Assembly: GCA_963700985.1 (NCBI GenBank)
Contig: OY969554.1
Span: 416,001 to 480,000, forward strand
Length of the DNA: 64,000 nucleotides
Direction of reading: 5' to 3'
Origin: an uncultured Chlamydiales bacterium
Lineage (GTDB): Bacteria > Chlamydiota > Chlamydiia > Chlamydiales > Rhabdochlamydiaceae
The stretch's first letter is position 1; each line of letters begins with the position of its first letter. Both the position numbers and the translations under genes were made by a program. Of this stretch, positions 58,966-64,000 are shown piece by piece. The notes below the pieces were generated by a model, which saw nothing but the letters and a program-made list of their open reading frames with translations, did not search any database and had not been told where the DNA came from.

Positions 58966-60774
58966 ATGGCAACACGTCCTTTTTCGATTGAACCTCACTG
59001 TTTCGATGGCTTAAGCCATGGGCAATATCTCGCTTATGACGCCCAAACGCATCATTTCTATGCTTCATTCGTGGATGATGCAGAACAAAATTCTGAAGTT
59101 GCTGAAGCAGTTAAATCACATCTTTTTACGTATAATAAAGATGGTGGTGCTCTTACTGAGGATCTGCAGAAGCTGCATCAGTGCGCTTCCAAGTTTTTAG
59201 ATCGTCAAAAATCTCTGCACAGAAGCGAACTTGATAAAGGTTTAGCGGGTTGTAAAGATTCCTCTCATTTAATGAATTTAGAGATGATCGACCGTCTGGT
59301 TGTCGCCTTTACGTTTCAACAAATTAGTCCTGAAGATTTTAAGCAGATGGCTTTAGATCGGATCATGCGGACATTCAAGACCAAAGTTGCAAGAGAGCAG
59401 CTGCAAAAGTGGTTTAGCGAGCCCACACACCGTGCTTCAAAAGAAAAAGCGCGTGAAATGGCTAAACAATACCCGAAACATCCCGATTTTAAAAATGAAG
59501 GGGTTTTCAACGATCGAACCGAGGCGGCACGCGCCTTTGCTTTACATCCGGCTCAAGTGCAATTTGTTAAAGATCATTTTCTTGAGAAGCATGTCGGCAC
59601 GCGCAATGGGGACAGAATCGAAGTTGATCCAGAAACTAAAAACCTCAAGATTAAATTCAATGGAGTGATGCGTTCTGTTGTTGACATTGAACGCGACCAC
59701 ATTTCTGAAAGGCATCGCCTCTATGAACGAGTGCATACCGAAGGCAGTGAAGGAGAAACTCGCGGCGCGCGCCTTTTCTATAAAGACAAGCTTGGACTTG
59801 TGCCGTGTAGTGAGGAGAATCCAGCTTTAGCCGATCCGGAACAATTTCAAAATGCAATCCCGCTCTTTAAGAAGAAAGAAAAGCGTAACCATCAAGACTT
59901 CCGTTTAGAAGTTTGGACAGCGATTAAGTTGGACGAACAGCATATGCACGGATTTATCGGGTTGAAAACTCCAACTGGTGAAGTGCGCCACGTAGGCTTT
60001 TTTAGAAGAGAAGGAGAAGAGAAGCCCATTTTACGGCTTATGGAGACTTCAAGAGGCGATTTCCATGCTGATGGCGACAGATATGACTTCATGCGTTTTG
60101 AGCCTTTCATGAAGCGTACCTCGATTGCGGTCACTGAAGATCAATATAACCGCGCCTATGGGTATCTACTGGATCGGCAAAAAGATGAAGTTAACCGCAA
60201 CTTCAATGTAGCGAATCAGAACTGCACCGACATCGTGAATGAAACTCTGCATGCAGCGCTGGGAATTGAGCTTCCAGTGGAGTCATCTCTTTTTGACATC
60301 TACCTCGGCTTTGATCTCAAAAACAACTTTTTTGTGAAATATATTCCACCCGTGCGTATTGCAGCATTTATTGTATGTGCTGTGCTTTCGGTTCTACGTA
60401 ATATGCTCATGCTGATCATTGGTGGTGCATTTTCAGGCGAAGAAAATGAGCGAACTTTTGGATCTTTCTGGGAGATCTTCAATCCAAATGCTGGTCGCCT
60501 CCATCACCCCAGTATGATAAGACGCTGGCAAGATAAGGTTGAACAGTTGCGCTCTAAAAAGATCGACGAGATTACAATTCGCTTCGATGAAGAACTTGAA
60601 GCTGCGGATGGCGATCAATACGAAGCAGTCTTGAAAGAAAAAGAGAAGCAGATCCACATTATTAAAACATCAATTCCTCAAGAAGCGATTCCGCGTAAGC
60701 ACTCCTTTTGGTGGAATTTCTTGGATTTCTTCTGGTCTCTTTCCGACGAAGAGAGCGTCATTCCCGTCCCTTAA
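58966..60774 (+). CDS. Divergent permuted papain-fold enzyme, paralog 4
   Basis: LEVWT, MHGFIGL..PTGEVRHVG, GDRY, NQNCTD, TM segment, HHP; likely ATG at 58966. Confidence 0.5.
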   Translation: MATRPFSIEPHCFDGLSHGQYLAYDAQTHHFYASFVDDAEQNSEVAEAVKSHLFTYNKDGGALTEDLQKLHQCASKFLDRQKSLHRSELDKGLAGCKDSSHLMNLEMIDRLVVAFTFQQISPEDFKQMALDRIMRTFKTKVAREQLQKWFSEPTHRASKEKAREMAKQYPKHPDFKNEGVFNDRTEAARAFALHPAQVQFVKDHFLEKHVGTRNGDRIEVDPETKNLKIKFNGVMRSVVDIERDHISERHRLYERVHTEGSEGETRGARLFYKDKLGLVPCSEENPALADPEQFQNAIPLFKKKEKRNHQDFRLEVWTAIKLDEQHMHGFIGLKTPTGEVRHVGFFRREGEEKPILRLMETSRGDFHADGDRYDFMRFEPFMKRTSIAVTEDQYNRAYGYLLDRQKDEVNRNFNVANQNCTDIVNETLHAALGIELPVESSLFDIYLGFDLKNNFFVKYIPPVRIAAFIVCAVLSVLRNMLMLIIGGAFSGEENERTFGSFWEIFNPNAGRLHHPSMIRRWQDKVEQLRSKKIDEITIRFDEELEAADGDQYEAVLKEKEKQIHIIKTSIPQEAIPRKHSFWWNFLDFFWSLSDEESVIPVP

Positions 60775-60805
60775 TTTATAATTGAATAAACTTGCTGATT
60801 TGGGA

Positions 60806-60901
60806 ATAACAGGATGTGCAGGATCGGGGCAGGATAGATAGGATAAATAATCCTATTCATCCTGTCGCATCGCGATCCTGCATATCTTGTGAATGCTTTA
60901 A
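60806..60901. repeat. ACAGGAT-family palindromic repeat, near-identical to 62874..62975
   Basis: ATAACAGGATGTGCAGGAT...GATCCTGCATATCTTGTGAATGCTTTAA. Confidence 0.75.
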
Positions 60902-60906
60902 ACCGA

Positions 60907-61521
60907 CTATTTTACATCGACTTTTTTTCTGAGAACATCCCAAGCTGAATCGATCGCCTCTTGTGTCTTTACATCGTAAAGCGTGATGGTCATTCTCCAA
61001 TCTTCGATATCGAATTTCTTCTGCTGCGTAATCGCTTTTGTCAGACGGATTTTTGCAAGAAATTCTGGGCAAGCACAGCTATTTGCAGGAATACGCGAAG
61101 AATTATCATACTTTTCACTAGCTTGTACGGTTTCCATTAAAGCATCGAGCTCTTTGCGATCTTGAGCATCGCCTACCACAATGCTAACACGCCCATCATC
61201 TACGGCTATGCCTTCGATAATATCACGAATCATATCTGTGGAGATAAAGCAGTCTGTGCGGTTATCGACCTGAGTGATGGTAATGCGCGGTTTGCCATTG
61301 GCGTTAAAATCATAGCCAGTTCGTCCATACCAGCGATCGAGCAGCTGCCGGGTAATATTGGTTGTCTGGATGCGAATATCATTTGCGCCATATTTCCAGT
61401 CGAGCTGGGTCTCTTTGGCGTTGCCGGGTGTAATGTCTTGAGCTAAGCGGATATCTCTTCCACAAGATGTGAGAAGTAGCGTAGCCCCTGCAATTGTCAA
61501 AAATGCAACTCTGTTTTTCAT
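60907..61521 (-). CDS. LpoB-like lipoprotein (PBP activator family)
   Basis: Lipobox LLTSC; VDNRT..ISTDMI; C-terminal MTITLYDVKT..I..W. Confidence 0.65.
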   Translation of the reverse strand: MKNRVAFLTIAGATLLLTSCGRDIRLAQDITPGNAKETQLDWKYGANDIRIQTTNITRQLLDRWYGRTGYDFNANGKPRITITQVDNRTDCFISTDMIRDIIEGIAVDDGRVSIVVGDAQDRKELDALMETVQASEKYDNSSRIPANSCACPEFLAKIRLTKAITQQKKFDIEDWRMTITLYDVKTQEAIDSAWDVLRKKVDVK

Positions 61522-62795
61522 AAAGTTTCCTCCGAATTTTTTTTAGGGATTTGTATGACCATCTGATGGGGATGGATGGTAAATAGATTGATAATGCACA
61601 GCTCATTTGGGCTGAGATTTATTTGGCACTCTTTTGTCTGAACAGCGCCATGAGAGCGGCTTTCAAAAGTCAGCGTATGCTTGCCCGGTTCGAGTTCTAA
61701 GCGCGCGAGGTCGATTCGCGCAGGGAGTGTCGACCAACTACGGATGTCGGCTTCGGTAAGTAAATTGGCGCCCAAAAGTGCGAGGTCGGCAAAAATACCA
61801 GCAGTCTGATTTTCTTTTTGGACCACACCTAAAAAGGCGCGGCGGATGAGCAGTCTTGCGGCACTATGCGCGGCAATTTTAGGCAGCTCTTTCTCCAGCG
61901 TTTGATGGGCCGCATCACTTACATCCATCCAGGGTTGCAGATGAGCGCTTTGAGCATTGGCGAATTTAATGCTTGTAGAGGAGCAGCCGGACGCAGAGTC
62001 AGCAAATGCTGGAATGGGAATGCCAGCCAGCGAAGAGAGGGCAGGGGGGATATCATAGATCGCTAGCAGCTGCTCCAGAATCGCAAGCGATACGACGCTC
62101 ACTGGCGCGATGGTCGAGATTTTGTGCGGAGCCAGACCTGTATGAGACAGTACAATTACCGTAGCTTTTTTCTGGCTATGCTCAGCTAGAGGTTCTCTTC
62201 GCTCTTTAGCTACCTCTTTGTAAAGGATCTCTGCGTTACTGAGATCGCCTTCTTTTTCAAGCACAGCCGCCAAAAGATATTTGGCGATTAGATTGGTGCT
62301 GCCTGCAGCTTCTTTGCCCTCTTCGATGCGCAGCTGGGCTTGATTTTGCGCTTGCAAGAGCAGGGCGCGTGCATTGCCGAGATCGCCCTCTTGAAAGAGA
62401 GCCAGGGCAAGGTAAAGGCGTGCCAGCTGATGTTCGTAGTGTGGCCCCACGTATGCCGACTGTCCATCTTCGAGAAGTGTTTTAGTGAGCTGCTCTTGCA
62501 ATGTAGGTTGGCTGTAATAATCGATGGCATCTAGAGCGATGTTGTAGTCTTGAATGGCGGCCGGTAGCTTGCCTGTCCAGGCATGCAGCATCGCACGATC
62601 TAGATACATCCACACAGCTTCTCGACAAGAGAGAAATTTTCCAGTGGGCATCTTCTTTTGGATGGCTTTATCGATGCTCTCTTCTGCTCGAACGAAATCG
62701 CCCTTTTGGACAGAGGAGATCACCGCATCTTGCGTGCGTCCAGCGTAGTTACAGCCAGAAAAAAGAAGTGCGAAAACTAGAAGTAAAGCAATCAT
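61518..62795 (-). CDS. TPR-like lipoprotein (COG3014-like)
   Basis: Lipobox LFSGC; helical repeats; YVGPHYE, GLAPHK, ADIRSWSTLP motifs; adjacent to the LpoB-like gene. Confidence 0.65.
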   Translation of the reverse strand: MIALLLVFALLFSGCNYAGRTQDAVISSVQKGDFVRAEESIDKAIQKKMPTGKFLSCREAVWMYLDRAMLHAWTGKLPAAIQDYNIALDAIDYYSQPTLQEQLTKTLLEDGQSAYVGPHYEHQLARLYLALALFQEGDLGNARALLLQAQNQAQLRIEEGKEAAGSTNLIAKYLLAAVLEKEGDLSNAEILYKEVAKERREPLAEHSQKKATVIVLSHTGLAPHKISTIAPVSVVSLAILEQLLAIYDIPPALSSLAGIPIPAFADSASGCSSTSIKFANAQSAHLQPWMDVSDAAHQTLEKELPKIAAHSAARLLIRRAFLGVVQKENQTAGIFADLALLGANLLTEADIRSWSTLPARIDLARLELEPGKHTLTFESRSHGAVQTKECQINLSPNELCIINLFTIHPHQMVIQIPKKNSEETL

Positions 62796-62873
62796 AACGC
62801 AAAAATGATCGCTCTACACTAGGATTATTGTAAATCAAGAGCCTAATCCAAAAACAAACTTGATGATTAGGCT

Positions 62874-62975
62874 ATAACAGGATGTGCAGGATAAGGGCAG
62901 GATAGATAGGATAAATAATCCTATTCATCTTCATCCTATCGCGTCGCGATCATGCGTATCCTGTGCATGCTTTAA
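62874..62975. repeat. ACAGGAT-family palindromic repeat, near-identical to 60806..60901
   Basis: ATAACAGGATGTGCAGGAT...GATCATGCGTATCCTGTGCATGCTTTAA. Confidence 0.75.
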
Positions 62976-62988
62976 GATTTAAGCAGTC

Positions 62989-63453
62989 TTAGGTTTCGTT
63001 GGGTTCGTAGACGGGATGGATGGTAAAGCCTGCATCGCGCACGGCAAAGATCACTTCGGCAATGGGTGCCCACTCTGCGTGTTTATCGATATGCAATAAA
63101 ACTTTTGTTTTGTTTTTTTCTTTTGGAAGCAAACCGAGTTCGATTTGTTGCAAGAGCTCTTGTTGAATGGCGGGGATGCCTTCCATTAGAAACTCGCTAT
63201 CTTCGGTTAGCCACTTGTATCTGCCTTCGCCGGTCACAGAGAGATTTATGGTATAAAACTCATTCTGTCCGGGGAGTGGCGATTGCCTGTCTGGCGCGCG
63301 CACTTTAACTAAGCTCACTTCGCTGTCATAAAGCGCAGCGCGTGTCACAGCAAGTGCGGCAAAAACAGCTAGCACGAGGAATAGAAAATCGACCATCGGC
63401 GCTAAGTTAAGGCTCGAATGACGGCGGAGTTCTTCTTCAGGAATCATACTCAT
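62989..63453 (-). CDS. ExbD/TolR family protein
   Basis: LNLAPMVDFLFLVL TM with the conserved Asp; IDKHA..; downstream of the ExbB/TolQ gene. Confidence 0.88.
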   Translation of the reverse strand: MSMIPEEELRRHSSLNLAPMVDFLFLVLAVFAALAVTRAALYDSEVSLVKVRAPDRQSPLPGQNEFYTINLSVTGEGRYKWLTEDSEFLMEGIPAIQQELLQQIELGLLPKEKNKTKVLLHIDKHAEWAPIAEVIFAVRDAGFTIHPVYEPNET

Positions 63454-63461
63454 GTTTATGC

Positions 63462-64000
63462 CTATTTTTCTGAAGAGAACGTAGTTTTAGGATCCATAAT
63501 TATAGCCAGAGCTTGTGCTTCATCCTCCACAAAGGTCAGCACACGCACCAGGCGGTATTTTGCCAGCGAGTGCAGCATCATCGCAATGATGGCAACCACC
63601 AGGCCAGCTACAGTTGTGCCCACGGAAATTCCCAGGCCATCAAAAAGTGTATTCACACTTTCAGTTGAACGATTGAGATCATAAAATGCATAGAACATGC
63701 CCAGAACGGTTCCTAGGAGACCTAGCATAGGTGCTACGATGGCAATGTCATTAAGCAGGGAGATTCTTTGCCAAAAGCCAACAGTCGCACGTTTGCCTTC
63801 AGTTTTCATCGTTTCAACCATGTGAGCCAGACCAAGCTTTCGCACAGAGATGGCAGCAGATAAGACGCGTCCAAATAGCTGCTCATTTTTAAGGCAAAGG
63901 GCAAGAGCTTCGTCAAATTGGTTGCTCAGAAGCTTTTGTCTGACTTTGCGCACAAAACTATCCGATGTGCCACGTAGGCTGATCCAGTTGTATAAGCAGA
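63462..64000 (-). CDS. MotA/TolQ/ExbB proton channel protein, 5'-partial
   Basis: APMLGLLGTVLGM, GISVGTTVAGLVVAI; frame is open to the window edge. Confidence 0.88.
   Translation of the reverse strand, partial: CLYNWISLRGTSDSFVRKVRQKLLSNQFDEALALCLKNEQLFGRVLSAAISVRKLGLAHMVETMKTEGKRATVGFWQRISLLNDIAIVAPMLGLLGTVLGMFYAFYDLNRSTESVNTLFDGLGISVGTTVAGLVVAIIAMMLHSLAKYRLVRVLTFVEDEAQALAIIMDPKTTFSSEK

Noticed and set aside
60806-62975. CRISPR array from the CAGGAT repeats
   Set aside because: No regular repeat-spacer periodicity and no cas genes; units are short and palindromic.

Overview
This 64 kb window reads as chromosome of an environmental Chlamydiota-like intracellular bacterium. That assignment is inferred from the DhnA-type aldolase, an Inc-like protein and many eukaryote-like domains. 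Housekeeping blocks are oppABCDF, rimO-rlmI, a sugar porter and fbaB, ltaE, a higBA-type TA pair, an RNB nuclease, an AsmA-like protein, a NUDIX hydrolase, a class III adenylate cyclase, tag, glmS, tRNA-Leu-csp-kbl-tdh, an LpoB-like/TPR lipoprotein pair and exbBD/tolQR. Interspersed are candidate host-directed effectors: a WD40 protein, two LRR-like paralogs ending in a CaaX box (CVIL), an LRR protein, a RING plus two-TM (MARCH-like) protein, a lipase-like protein, a VTD/herpes-tegument-like deubiquitinase candidate and an F-box-LRR protein. The most striking feature is a 12.3 kb array (48490-60774). Four membrane-anchored permuted papain-fold (His...Asn-Cys) enzymes are interleaved with two ~900 aa GT28 (MGDG synthase/UgtP-like) glycosyltransferases that carry a large unknown N-terminal domain. 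The enzyme plus GT pair occurs twice. The window also has two MITE-like palindromic elements, a family of ACAGGAT palindromic repeats and an unannotated 32-aa basic ORF. Four apparent frameshifts may be assembly indels. All family calls are by eye from motifs; no database searches were run.
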